A DNA stretch of 64,000 bases from a virus (taxonomy: Duplodnaviria; Caudoviricetes). Each line of letters begins with the position of its first letter. The stretch's first letter is position 1. Shown here one piece after another: positions 27,879 through 36,619 of the stretch. The notes under the pieces are model-generated. The model was not told the origin of the DNA. It made no database searches and saw only the letters and a program-made list of their open reading frames with translations. The DNA lies in IMG/VR virus record IMGVR_UViG_3300031867_000021, positions 32,001 through 96,000 of that record; one strand, written 5' to 3'. Both the position numbers and the translations under genes were made by a program.

Positions 27879-28841
27879 TTAGATACCGTCGGCGTAACGG
27901 ACGGTCGTGGGATAAACGAACTGAACCTCGGAGAACTGAGACACGAAGGGCGTATGGAAGCCCATGTTGTGGATCTCAGTCTGCAGGCGCTGCAGCGGGA
28001 CAGACTGGGTGAACCGCACCCGGTCTTCCTCGTTGATATAGCCGACCATGCGGTCGGTATTGCCGGCGCCGATACCCTTGCACCACTTGCTGGGCGAAAT
28101 CACCAGATTGCCGCCCTGCTGATTGGTCAGGTTGTTCTCAAGGATATAGGTCAGGATAGACCGCTCGGAGTCGCTGGAAACCTTCCGGGTCACCAGAGCG
28201 CCGAACTGCTCAACGGGAACCAGAATATGGTTCGGCAGAGCATCGGAAGCGCAGTCGTTGGCCGTCCAGATGGCCGCCAGCAGATCGTTGACATCCGCCA
28301 GGATTTCATCAGCGGTCTTGGTCGCCCAGGTCGCGGTGCCGCCGGCGCCATTCGCCACGGTGCTGCGAACGATCGCGGCATTGTTCAGCAGACCGGTCGT
28401 GTTCGCCTTGCCGAAGCCGACATACACGTTGCGGTCGATGGTCTTATCCAGATGAAGCCGGATACCCTTGTTCATGGTGTCCTCAAGGTTCAGGGCCAGC
28501 TTGCGGAACTTCTGCTGCTCGACATAGCCGATCCGCATGTATTCCTGGAAGTTGAACACCTTGCTGACATCCTTATTGAAGTCAGCCTGCATGACCGGGA
28601 TATCATTGCCGTTCTCCACGAACAGGGCATCATCCTCGCCGCCAGTGGAGGCATAGCTGACATCGATCACAGATACATTCTCGACAAAGCCGCCGCCGGT
28701 GCGGACAGGCATGTCACGGGGCCAGTCTACGCCGGCCAGAGGCTCCATAATCTTGGGATCCAGAAGCTCAAGCTGTTTCTGGAGGAAGGCATAGGAGTCA
28801 GAAACAAAGCGCTTGGAGCGCAGGTTTGCAGTTTTCGTCAT
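27879..28841 (-). CDS. Major capsid protein (DUF2184-like, HK97 fold)
   Basis: AFL..QLE.LDP.I.EPL...WPRD.P...GGG; GLLN; W..KT..EIL.D; P..ILVP; Y.DGI. Confidence 0.9.
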   Translation of the reverse strand: MTKTANLRSKRFVSDSYAFLQKQLELLDPKIMEPLAGVDWPRDMPVRTGGGFVENVSVIDVSYASTGGEDDALFVENGNDIPVMQADFNKDVSKVFNFQEYMRIGYVEQQKFRKLALNLEDTMNKGIRLHLDKTIDRNVYVGFGKANTTGLLNNAAIVRSTVANGAGGTATWATKTADEILADVNDLLAAIWTANDCASDALPNHILVPVEQFGALVTRKVSSDSERSILTYILENNLTNQQGGNLVISPSKWCKGIGAGNTDRMVGYINEEDRVRFTQSVPLQRLQTEIHNMGFHTPFVSQFSEVQFVYPTTVRYADGI

Positions 28842-28861
28842 TGCTCAATCACCCTCTCTTA

Positions 28862-29332
28862 TTACTGAATGTTCCGGTTAGTGATAACGATTTCAGCGAC
28901 GCCATTCGCGCCAACAGCCGCGCGGAACTTGCAGTTGGTCAGCTCGGTGTTGTCCGTGGAAACCGCGGAGAACTTGCCGTTGGAATCCAGATACACCTTG
29001 CCGCCGACCACGGGAGTGCCGCTCTCGACCTTCACGCAGACAGACCCGCGAACGATGATGGACATGATTTCGCTGTTGCCGTACGCGGCTTCACTTGAGC
29101 CATAGGTTTCGGGGGTCTTGACGCCGATCCGGGTCGCCACACCAAGGAAGGTCGCCATTCCGGCGCCAGAGGCGTATCCGACAGCGCCCTTGTTGGCCGC
29201 ATCCAGGAAAACAGGCGCGCCGAACGGGATGGCATTATTTCCGACATTGGTCATGGAGATGACAATGTCGTCAACGCTCCGGGAAATCGCACCGGGGAAG
29301 GTGTTGATGAAAGTAGACTGTACTTTACCCAT
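28862..29332 (-). CDS. Capsid cement/decoration protein
   Basis: FPG.ISR...IPFG.PV...RG.V.V pattern; between scaffold and capsid. Confidence 0.75.
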   Translation of the reverse strand: MGKVQSTFINTFPGAISRSVDDIVISMTNVGNNAIPFGAPVFLDAANKGAVGYASGAGMATFLGVATRIGVKTPETYGSSEAAYGNSEIMSIIVRGSVCVKVESGTPVVGGKVYLDSNGKFSAVSTDNTELTNCKFRAAVGANGVAEIVITNRNIQ

Positions 29333-29365
29333 TTAGATCACTACTCCTTCTTAATCGTCGTCGAA

Positions 29366-30775
29366 TTACTTCTTGTAATTCGCATTGCGGGCAGCCATGA
29401 TCCGCTTGCCCAGATCGGCTTCAGCCTTCCGCTGAGCAGCAGCCTTGTCAGAAGCCTTCTTGCGCTGCTTCAGGGCCAGATAATCATTCCGCTTGGCCTT
29501 AGCGGTCATGCCGCAGCTCTTCCGAATGGAAGCGGCAGCAGCATCGGCAGCAGCCTTGCGCTCGGAGGGAGGCAGCTTGGCAATCAGAGGTTTCACCGCC
29601 TTGACGGCAGCACGCATCGCATCACGGGCACGCTTGTCGGTCACGGGGGCGGTTTTGTTCTCGGCCGCCAGAGCCTCTTCCTCGTCCTCATCCTCTTCGT
29701 TGATTTCTTCGGGATCAACGAAATGGGATTCGGGCTCTTCGGGATCCTCGTCGGGAGCAACCAGCTCTTCCTCGTCGGGATCGGCTTCCTCGTCGGCGTC
29801 GGTTTCGGCCTCTTCGGTCTTTTCCTCGCCCTCGGCCAGTTCGTCCTCCAGCTTCTGCAGAGGATCCTCTTCTGGAGCTTCGTCCAGCAGCTGCTTCGCC
29901 ACCAGCTTCTCCAGCAGACTGATCACCTTGTCCAGCTTGTCCTCATCCACAGCGGGCTTCGCGGCGGGATCCTGAGCTTCCTCTTCATCCTCATCCTCAT
30001 CCTCTTCGGTAGCCGCCTTCTGGGTGGGCATCTTCTGCAGCAGATCGGTGATGGTGTCCAGCTTCTCGGTCACTTCCGCGTCCATCGCCTTCGGCTCTTC
30101 CTTCTCGGGCTCAGAAACGATCTCATCAATCGCCTCTACCGCCTCGGCAACTTCTTCGGGCTCAGCGTCCTTCGCAAAGGAAGCCAGCATCTTAGCCAGG
30201 ATTCCATGTTTGTTCTTGCGCATTCTGTGATTTCTCCTTTCGTTGTTTGGGGCAGAGTCTTTTATGCAAACGCGGTGACCGGCTCGCCCTTTGTCCACAA
30301 TGGCGATATGGTTACCACGGATTTGCCGTTGAACCAGCTTTCCGTCTTCCTCGCAAAGCTCGTAGTTGTATCCGCAGGAAATCTCCCGCTTTCCGTCCAG
30401 AACCTTCTGGATGGTGTCAGGGTCGGTGATGAACAGATCGGCAATCAGCATGTTCTTTTCATCCCCGGTTCCCCGGTGAACATTCTGCACATGCCCGCGA
30501 GAAAGCCATTTGGCATTCTCGGCGGTTACACCCTCATCACCGTCCGGGTGGTCATCCGTGACCGGCAGTCCCTCGAATGAGGCCATCGTCGTTTCAGAGA
30601 AAACCTCTTCCTCCGGGCGATATACGGTGACCATCTCGTCCCCGTCCTGATCCACCTCTTCCGGCAGATACTTTTGCGTTCCTGACCGCGCAATCGGAAC
30701 ATTCACGCAGATGAGATAGCCTTCCGGCTCTCGCTTGCGGATGTTGTCAGATATCCGAGTCGCGTAGTACAGCAT
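29366..30775 (-). CDS. Prohead protease/scaffold (DUF2213)
   Basis: PEGYLIC.NVPIARSG.Q.Y, VYRPEEEVF, SFEG.PVT.DHP, REISCGY, IRGNHIAIV.KGRAG; acidic scaffold tail. Confidence 0.9.
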   Translation of the reverse strand: MLYYATRISDNIRKREPEGYLICVNVPIARSGTQKYLPEEVDQDGDEMVTVYRPEEEVFSETTMASFEGLPVTDDHPDGDEGVTAENAKWLSRGHVQNVHRGTGDEKNMLIADLFITDPDTIQKVLDGKREISCGYNYELCEEDGKLVQRQIRGNHIAIVDKGRAGHRVCIKDSAPNNERRNHRMRKNKHGILAKMLASFAKDAEPEEVAEAVEAIDEIVSEPEKEEPKAMDAEVTEKLDTITDLLQKMPTQKAATEEDEDEDEEEAQDPAAKPAVDEDKLDKVISLLEKLVAKQLLDEAPEEDPLQKLEDELAEGEEKTEEAETDADEEADPDEEELVAPDEDPEEPESHFVDPEEINEEDEDEEEALAAENKTAPVTDKRARDAMRAAVKAVKPLIAKLPPSERKAAADAAAASIRKSCGMTAKAKRNDYLALKQRKKASDKAAAQRKAEADLGKRIMAARNANYKK

Positions 30776-30801
30776 TTGCATCACCTTCCTTTCTGGCCAC
30801 A

Positions 30802-30838
30802 ATAAAAGCGCGCCGGTTAAATTCCGGTGCGCTTTATT
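30802..30838 (-). terminator. Hairpin/terminator after HD gene
   Basis: AAAGCGCGCCGG...CCGGTGCGCTTT inverted repeat. Confidence 0.6.
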
Positions 30839-30873
30839 CCTGTGTATAATCTTAATGGAGTCCTGTTTTTGCT

Positions 30874-31311
30874 TTATTCGCCATCTACATCCATCAGGAA
30901 GTACAACGCCCTGTTGTACTTTGCCTGACGTCTCACGTCCCGCTCCGTGACTTCAGCAAAGCGGGCCAGATTGCTGTTATCAATCAGGTCGGATATCTTG
31001 ACCGCCCGAGCGATCGGATTCCTTTTGACCCGACACAGATAATCAGACCACATTTCACCCTTCCGATGCGTCAAAGCATCAACCGCATCTGCTATTTCGG
31101 CCCCGAATCCATCTCTGATTTCGTCAAGAGATACTTCCGTGTCCTCGACAACATCGTGCAGCCACCCGACAATCTTTTCCTCAGGATTTTTCAGCCTCTC
31201 CGCAACCCTTGCCGGATGGTTGATATACGGTTTCCCGGCCTTGTCGACCGCCCCGGCGTGAACCTTCCTTGCCAAAGCCTCGGCACCATCCAGAAGCTCA
31301 ACGCAGCCCAT
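30874..31311 (-). CDS. HD-domain (p)ppNpp hydrolase (Mesh1/Aph1-like), candidate detoxifying immunity
   Basis: H.G.VDKAG.PYI.HP...LHDVVEDT...VK..D..DN. Confidence 0.88.
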   Translation of the reverse strand: MGCVELLDGAEALARKVHAGAVDKAGKPYINHPARVAERLKNPEEKIVGWLHDVVEDTEVSLDEIRDGFGAEIADAVDALTHRKGEMWSDYLCRVKRNPIARAVKISDLIDNSNLARFAEVTERDVRRQAKYNRALYFLMDVDGE

Positions 31312-31317
31312 CCTGCA

Positions 31318-31569
31318 TCAACCTTTCTTTTCGGCCTTTTTGTAGACATCCCGGATCTTTTCCATCCAGTATTCCACATCTTCCTCTGGAACGTCGTCGT
31401 ACCACGTCCAGTCTCCGTTCCCTTCAGCAATACTGTCCTTTACCGGAGTGCGTTCCCATTCTCCCGGAACATCCGGCCGGAAAGTATAGCATTTTCCGCC
31501 GTCAAACCGGATCAACGTCATAAATCCATTGCTTTTGTTGATCATGTAGACATAATCAGTCTTTGCCAT
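31318..31569 (-). CDS. Candidate immunity protein for the RelA/SpoT-like toxin (IapK-like position)
   Basis: 83 aa acidic ORF between synthetase and HD hydrolase; ATG 31569 with RBS. Confidence 0.65.
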   Translation of the reverse strand: MAKTDYVYMINKSNGFMTLIRFDGGKCYTFRPDVPGEWERTPVKDSIAEGNGDWTWYDDVPEEDVEYWMEKIRDVYKKAEKKG

Positions 31570-31612
31570 CGATTCCGCCCTCCTCTCCGGGCCCTCTTCC
31601 GGGCCCATATAC

Positions 31613-31641
31613 ATTATAACCTATTTTATAATTCCTGTCAC
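31613..31641 (-). promoter_or_regulatory. Internal promoter GTGACA-N17-TATAAT for the immunity + HD genes
   Basis: -35 at 31641-31636, -10 at 31618-31613, just after the toxin stop. Confidence 0.65.
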
Positions 31642-31649
31642 CTGCTTTT

Positions 31650-33254
31650 TCAGGGGAAATTCTTAATTCTTTCAATGTTTCTGGGCCTTTTTAAACCTGA
31701 CATATTATTATACATAATATTGCCAAGCTCGTCCTTCCGCTTCTGTGCCGTTTCCGGCTTTCTCTGCTCTTCGTACTGAGGATGCTGCACTTCCTTGCCG
31801 ACCAAGCTCTCCGGCGTATGGAACTGAAGCTCGAATCTCGTGCCGGTCGGTGATTCGAATACGCAGTTAACACCACGATAAGCTTTTTTGATGGAATAAC
31901 TGTCCCACGTATTCTTGACTTTTACGGTTTTGTACCCCTTGGCTTCGAGCGCCTTTTGAGTCTTCTCGAAATGCTCCACCAGATTGTCAGTCGTACATGC
32001 CTGCGTGTAACGAACCAGATCGCTCAGATTGTCCGCAGCTTCTTCGTATGTCGGATAAGTTCCATCCGCCCTTCTTTCGGACATTGTTTCAGCGATCTTA
32101 TCCGCCACACGGCAACCGCCATCGCTGCTGTCGGAAGCTTTCTTCAGCCGATATTCAAGTCCGAACATTTCAGTGCCAAGATCATCGGCAATATCACACA
32201 GATCATTTGTGATTTTCGGCTCGTTGGCAAGATCCTTTTTGTATTTTTCAACGGCGTAAGGTTTCAGCTTGGATGAGATATTTCCCAGGAACTTTTTGGT
32301 CAATGCCTTGCTTTCGGCTTCGGTCGGCCGCCCGGCCTGCGGTTTGCTCATGATTCCTTCATATCTCTCATAGATTTCGCGTTCCTCAGAGCCGGCAGGC
32401 CACTGCTTCGCTTTTTCCTTGCACATCACGGACGCTTCACGACACGCACTGGCAACTTTATCAAGATTCTGCTTTGCGGCCTTGCTCAGCTTGCGCGGCG
32501 TCTCGGAACCAGTTCTCTGCGGATCGTAGGCCACTGAAGCCGGTTCCTTCATTGTTTCGGCATTCTTGGTTTTGGTTCCTTTTTCAAGCAGCCACGGGCC
32601 GTCGTGCTGCTCGACAAGCAGGTCACTGCTGATTCCGTTCTGTTTTGCGAACTTTTCGATGATCTTGCTTTCGCTGTACGTCTTTGAATAAGGCATCGTA
32701 ACAGATTCGCGCCCAGGAGCGGATATTGTGCAATACGGCTTTGACCTGCCAGACTTTCCGCGGCTTTCCCAATTGAGCCGGATCTTCGCTTCCTCTACAT
32801 CAAAATTGGAAACATCCGGCTTCGTGCCACCCCATCTGCCATACCAATTTTCTGGAACACCGGTTTTTGTCGGCTTTGAACTTTTTCCGTTTCCCACGAA
32901 AAAAGTGGTGTAATTTCCAAACTCACTCTTGGCCGGTTTCACTGCAGCAGGCTTTGCGGCCGCTTTCGCCGCTCTTCTCGCAGCAGTCTGGGCTTTTCCT
33001 TCGGCCTTGACCTCGCCCATGGTCTTGCCCTTCATGTTGGAGGGTCCTTTGTCGATCTTTCCCTTGGTTCCTCCACCGCCGCCTTCGGAAAAATGAACCT
33101 TGGTTCCGCCCTCCAGCGTCCGCCAGCCGCTGTCCTCGTCATCTTTGGCGATTTTCTGCATGCAGGCATCGGCTTCCATCAGGCTTTCGATTTCCTCAGC
33201 TTTCAGCGAATCCAGGGCTTTCATTTTAGCCACGAGCTTCAGCAGTTTTCCCAT
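31650..33254 (-). CDS. Tagged effector 5: C-terminal RelA/SpoT-type (p)ppApp synthetase-like toxin (Tas1/Apk2-like)
   Basis: EPKIT, GLEYRLK, D.VRYT, KVKNTW, YRGVN, FELQFHTPES, H..YE..R; N-terminal DSGWRTLEGG.KVH tag variant. Confidence 0.85.
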   Translation of the reverse strand: MGKLLKLVAKMKALDSLKAEEIESLMEADACMQKIAKDDEDSGWRTLEGGTKVHFSEGGGGGTKGKIDKGPSNMKGKTMGEVKAEGKAQTAARRAAKAAAKPAAVKPAKSEFGNYTTFFVGNGKSSKPTKTGVPENWYGRWGGTKPDVSNFDVEEAKIRLNWESRGKSGRSKPYCTISAPGRESVTMPYSKTYSESKIIEKFAKQNGISSDLLVEQHDGPWLLEKGTKTKNAETMKEPASVAYDPQRTGSETPRKLSKAAKQNLDKVASACREASVMCKEKAKQWPAGSEEREIYERYEGIMSKPQAGRPTEAESKALTKKFLGNISSKLKPYAVEKYKKDLANEPKITNDLCDIADDLGTEMFGLEYRLKKASDSSDGGCRVADKIAETMSERRADGTYPTYEEAADNLSDLVRYTQACTTDNLVEHFEKTQKALEAKGYKTVKVKNTWDSYSIKKAYRGVNCVFESPTGTRFELQFHTPESLVGKEVQHPQYEEQRKPETAQKRKDELGNIMYNNMSGLKRPRNIERIKNFP

Positions 33255-33278
33255 GATCTCATCTCCTCGTTTTTTCGC

Positions 33279-33311
33279 ATAATAAAAGCCCGGCGCTTTT
33301 CGCGTCAGGCT
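33279..33311 (-). terminator. Repeated terminator-like hairpin (copy 1 of 3)
   Basis: ATAATAAAAGCCCGGCG...CGTCAGGCT. Confidence 0.65.
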
Positions 33312-33417
33312 GTGGAGTTATATATAAATCCCTGATATAATAATCAGGTCGTATTTGACATGGGCTAAAACGCCCGGAGCTGCCTGCTGGAATGACTCAG
33401 CAGGAGGTGATGCACAA

Positions 33418-33495
33418 ATGACGAACTATGAGTTATTCATGGCCATCATTGCTGTTGCAAGCCTCGTCTTGGCCGCTTTTGCGCTAAGACGCTAA
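33418..33495 (+). CDS. Type I toxin-antitoxin small membrane toxin (holin-like toxin), MTNYELFMAIIAVASLVLAAFALRR
   Basis: 25-aa single-TM peptide with basic end; AGGAGGTG RBS sequestered in a CCTGCTG/CAGCAGG hairpin; upstream TGaTATAAT. Confidence 0.8.
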   Translation: MTNYELFMAIIAVASLVLAAFALRR

Positions 33496-33572
33496 CAAAA
33501 AGCACCGGGTAGTAGCAGCTACTCGGTGCCAGGTCTTCCCGGTTACACCATAACCAGCAAGTCTCCATCGCA
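33496..33572 (-). ncRNA. Putative type I antitoxin antisense RNA
   Basis: Driven by a consensus promoter at 33578-33607; ends at GCACCG..CGGTGC hairpin + T run, convergent with the toxin 3' end. Confidence 0.65.
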
Positions 33573-33577
33573 GTGTC

Positions 33578-33607
33578 ATTATACGGCGCCGGGCGGTTCT
33601 GTGTCAA
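33578..33607 (-). promoter_or_regulatory. Promoter TTGACA-N18-TATAAT (antitoxin RNA)
   Basis: Perfect consensus hexamers at 33607-33602 and 33583-33578. Confidence 0.75.
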
Positions 33608-33626
33608 GCAGGGCCACCCTTTCTTA

Positions 33627-33905
33627 CTACACCATGATCGGTTCAAACTCTTCGTCGTTTTCCTCTTCTTCGCTGTTTTGCGCATTGACATAATCCATAT
33701 ACGCAAAAGACAGGTTTTCGTCTGTCACAACAGGCTTGCCTCCCATGAAAACGATGAACACAGGAATGCCTATGCAAAGAGGCGGTTCGTCAGGATTCTG
33801 GAAATACATTCCATAAACCACGCATCCTTTCCAATCCGGCTTGCGCAGCAGATAAACGGCACCATTTTGTTTTCCGATCTTTATCGCTTCTTTTTCATAA
33901 TCCAT
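33627..33905 (-). CDS. Candidate immunity protein for the papain-fold effector
   Basis: ~92 aa with acidic tail, directly after the toxin gene; W.G..VY...P...G.P.FI pattern. Confidence 0.6.
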   Translation of the reverse strand: MDYEKEAIKIGKQNGAVYLLRKPDWKGCVVYGMYFQNPDEPPLCIGIPVFIVFMGGKPVVTDENLSFAYMDYVNAQNSEEEENDEEFEPIMV

Positions 33906-33950
33906 TTTACCCCCCCCTCTCTCTTGCTTCTGCATGAGGAAACCGTTCTG

Positions 33951-36332
33951 TTAAGTCCAGGACAGACGTATCTCCGGGAACTGAACATTCATTCCGTTAA
34001 GCTCGGAATTGTCGTTCCGATTTACCGGAGCTTGTGCTTTATCCAGAATTTTATCGCAATATTCGAGATTTGGCAACGCGTTGTCTATGCGAAGAAGCTT
34101 TGGCCTCCAGTTTCCTCCAGTCTCGGAATTAAGAGAGATTCTATCTAAGTATTTCTCAATCTCTTCCCCTCTGTGTTCCACAGCCATCTTCGTCGGATTT
34201 GGCTGAGGATCGAACAGGACAAGCTCATCTCCACGCTTTTCGGCAATAATGACATGAGCACCAGCTCTGCGGCCTTTCCAGCAGAATGAGAATGTGAACA
34301 TCTGCCCCGGCTTTATACTGTCATTCAGCCATTCTTTGGCACTCTTTGCGTTTAGTTTCTTTTCTGGAACAACATATTCAGGCATCTCACCGGTATCTGG
34401 ATCCATCCACGCGACAGCCTGATTGGCCGCGATTGCGAGCTGGGTTTGATCTGCATCTCCAGCTCTCAATTTGGCACTTACATCATAACCGCGTCGTCTT
34501 AATGCATACGCAATTACGCAAGTCTGACAATTTCCTCTTTGCTTCTTTGTGGCCACATCCCTAAGCGGATTGGCTTTCCCCTGATCCGCTTCTTCATGAG
34601 ACATATCTCCGCTTGCTCTTCTTGCAACCCCTGCCACCTCTCTCGGATGATACATCTCCTCAATTTCTTCGGGAGTATGAGTCTCATGCCATGCCTCAAT
34701 CAGGTTTCTTCTGGCTTCCGCATGCATTTGACGCTCTTCTTCAGCTCGGGCTTTTTCGGCGGCTTTTTTCTGCTTTTCGAGTTCTTTTGCTTCTTTATTT
34801 TTTTGCTCCTGAGCTTCCGCGCTGCTTGGCTCTGCACCAACCATCATTTTTTCCTGCAACAAAATATAATCGCGAAGCGGTTTCTGAGCGTCCTTTCCGC
34901 GAATCAGGTTTCCATTGAGGCTTTGCATGATATCTTCCGCAGCATAAAAGTGATCATGAGTGAGCTCGGAAACGCTTGAAGGCTTCTGAAGCATGGCATA
35001 ATCGCGATTCCACAAATAAGCGTTCCTGCTTCTGCGGCCTATATCAATATACTTATTGACTGTATCCAGCAAAAGCTCTTTTTCCTGGTCTGTGAGCCTG
35101 TCAAGCTCTTCCTGCCTGACAGGCCCTCCCATCATCGACCCGGCATCGCCATAGATCCTGCTTCTGAGCTGCCAGACAGCCCTCATTCCGTAATAGCTGA
35201 GTTCGTTCGGATTCATCTTGTCGTAGGCAACCTTGTCGATGAAATCCTGATTCAGCTTGGCAAACTTCTCTGCTGTATACGCAGATGTATTCTCTGGCTG
35301 CCTTCCAAGCGCACTGGAAAGATAGCTTTCCATCATGCCGCGTCTGGTCGGCTGATACCAGCTGTAATCTCCGTTTTTCGGAGTTTCAGGAGCAACAGGC
35401 TCCGGCGGCGGCGCTGGCCGTTCCTTAGCTCCGGCATTGTACAATATTTCATCTGGAACTTCGTTTCCTGAAGTCGGACAATTCAGCGCCTTGGCCTTTA
35501 TGTCCATCCAGACAAAAGCATCATCTTTCTCCCATCTGGTGAACCCTTCTCCGTCATCTGGAACTTCAGAGCCGTTCGCCTCAATCATGCCATATTTGTT
35601 TTTCAGATAATCGACAACCTTCTTGTCGGAATCCGAAAGCTTTTCATCCATGTACTCCTTGGCATTTTCCGGCCACCCACGCCCTTCGGCTATGAAGTCG
35701 GTAAGCTCTTTTCGTTTTTCGAGCGGCTGGCACTTCATGACGAAGTCTTCCGGGGTCATATCTTCCGTGAACTTCTCGAGCCCGGAATCCCGCAGCACAT
35801 CGTCACGCTCTGTGGCGGTCAGCATTCCACTTGTCCACAGTTTATTCAGCCTGTTCACAACTTCCTTGCTGTGGTTCATGTCTCTTTTAATGTCGCCGAT
35901 CGCCTTTACCGCTTCGATCTGCCGTTCCCCGGAAAGGTTCTGAAGCCAGTCCTTTTTCTTCGCTCCGGAAGCCCCACCGGAACCGGAAGAACCGCCAGAA
36001 GAACTCCACGGGCTGCCAGACGTACCGCCCGAGCCCGGTAGAGCAACCTTCGGATGCTTCGGCCGCATAGGTTCTCCACTCTTTTTGACGCCCCAGGATT
36101 CTCCGATCCGCTTCCCATTGAATCTTCCGCCGAATCCAGCCTTGATCTCCCCTGTAGAAGTCTCAAGCCGGAAATGCTTTCCCTCTTCAGAAGTCCGCCA
36201 AACCTCTTCGTCGCTGGCAACCTCTTCAATGGCTTCCGCATCCAGTCCAAGCAATTTGAGGGCGAAAGGCAGATACTCACTCTTCGGATTAGCCTCTGCA
36301 AAACCCAGGAACATCTTTCCGATTGCACTCAC
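33951..36332 (-). CDS. Tagged effector 4: C-terminal papain-fold Tox-PL (protease/glutamine deamidase) toxin
   Basis: NCQTCVIAYALRRRGYDV.A (Cys), W......HV (His), FDPQ (Asp), RIDN; N-terminal WRTSEEGKHFRLETSTGEIKAGFGGRFNG; GTG start with GGAGGTG RBS. Confidence 0.82.
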   Translation of the reverse strand: MSAIGKMFLGFAEANPKSEYLPFALKLLGLDAEAIEEVASDEEVWRTSEEGKHFRLETSTGEIKAGFGGRFNGKRIGESWGVKKSGEPMRPKHPKVALPGSGGTSGSPWSSSGGSSGSGGASGAKKKDWLQNLSGERQIEAVKAIGDIKRDMNHSKEVVNRLNKLWTSGMLTATERDDVLRDSGLEKFTEDMTPEDFVMKCQPLEKRKELTDFIAEGRGWPENAKEYMDEKLSDSDKKVVDYLKNKYGMIEANGSEVPDDGEGFTRWEKDDAFVWMDIKAKALNCPTSGNEVPDEILYNAGAKERPAPPPEPVAPETPKNGDYSWYQPTRRGMMESYLSSALGRQPENTSAYTAEKFAKLNQDFIDKVAYDKMNPNELSYYGMRAVWQLRSRIYGDAGSMMGGPVRQEELDRLTDQEKELLLDTVNKYIDIGRRSRNAYLWNRDYAMLQKPSSVSELTHDHFYAAEDIMQSLNGNLIRGKDAQKPLRDYILLQEKMMVGAEPSSAEAQEQKNKEAKELEKQKKAAEKARAEEERQMHAEARRNLIEAWHETHTPEEIEEMYHPREVAGVARRASGDMSHEEADQGKANPLRDVATKKQRGNCQTCVIAYALRRRGYDVSAKLRAGDADQTQLAIAANQAVAWMDPDTGEMPEYVVPEKKLNAKSAKEWLNDSIKPGQMFTFSFCWKGRRAGAHVIIAEKRGDELVLFDPQPNPTKMAVEHRGEEIEKYLDRISLNSETGGNWRPKLLRIDNALPNLEYCDKILDKAQAPVNRNDNSELNGMNVQFPEIRLSWT

Positions 36333-36353
36333 TGCTTTCACCTCCGTTTTGCC

Positions 36354-36385
36354 ATAAGAAAAGCCCGGCACTCTCGTGTCGAGCT
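36354..36385 (-). terminator. Repeated terminator-like hairpin (copy 2 of 3)
   Basis: ATAAGAAAAGCCCGGCA...TGTCGAGCT. Confidence 0.65.
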
Positions 36386-36403
36386 ATGGTTAAATTCCTC
36401 TGC

Positions 36404-36619
36404 TTAAGCGTTTTTCTCTATCCAGTCTTTTGCAGCATCTGGAACTTCAACATTTTGGTCTTCAACATAGTCCATATATGGATCAAAACGAAGAAACTGG
36501 TTCGGTGCAACACCGAAGCCACCAAATGTTTTTCCGTTCCCGTAATAATATCTTCCATCTGGCAATGATACAAGCACTACGCCACGGTCGTCTTTGTAGA
36601 GCACCTTTAATCCTTCCAT
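36404..36619 (-). CDS. Candidate immunity protein for effector 3
   Basis: 71 aa, start overlaps the effector stop codon region. Confidence 0.6.
   Translation of the reverse strand: MEGLKVLYKDDRGVVLVSLPDGRYYYGNGKTFGGFGVAPNQFLRFDPYMDYVEDQNVEVPDAAKDWIEKNA

Noticed and set aside
33446-33706. Minus-strand 86-aa ORF
   Set aside because: Overlaps the immunity candidate out of frame and spans the antitoxin promoter and terminator; better explained by the type I TA locus.
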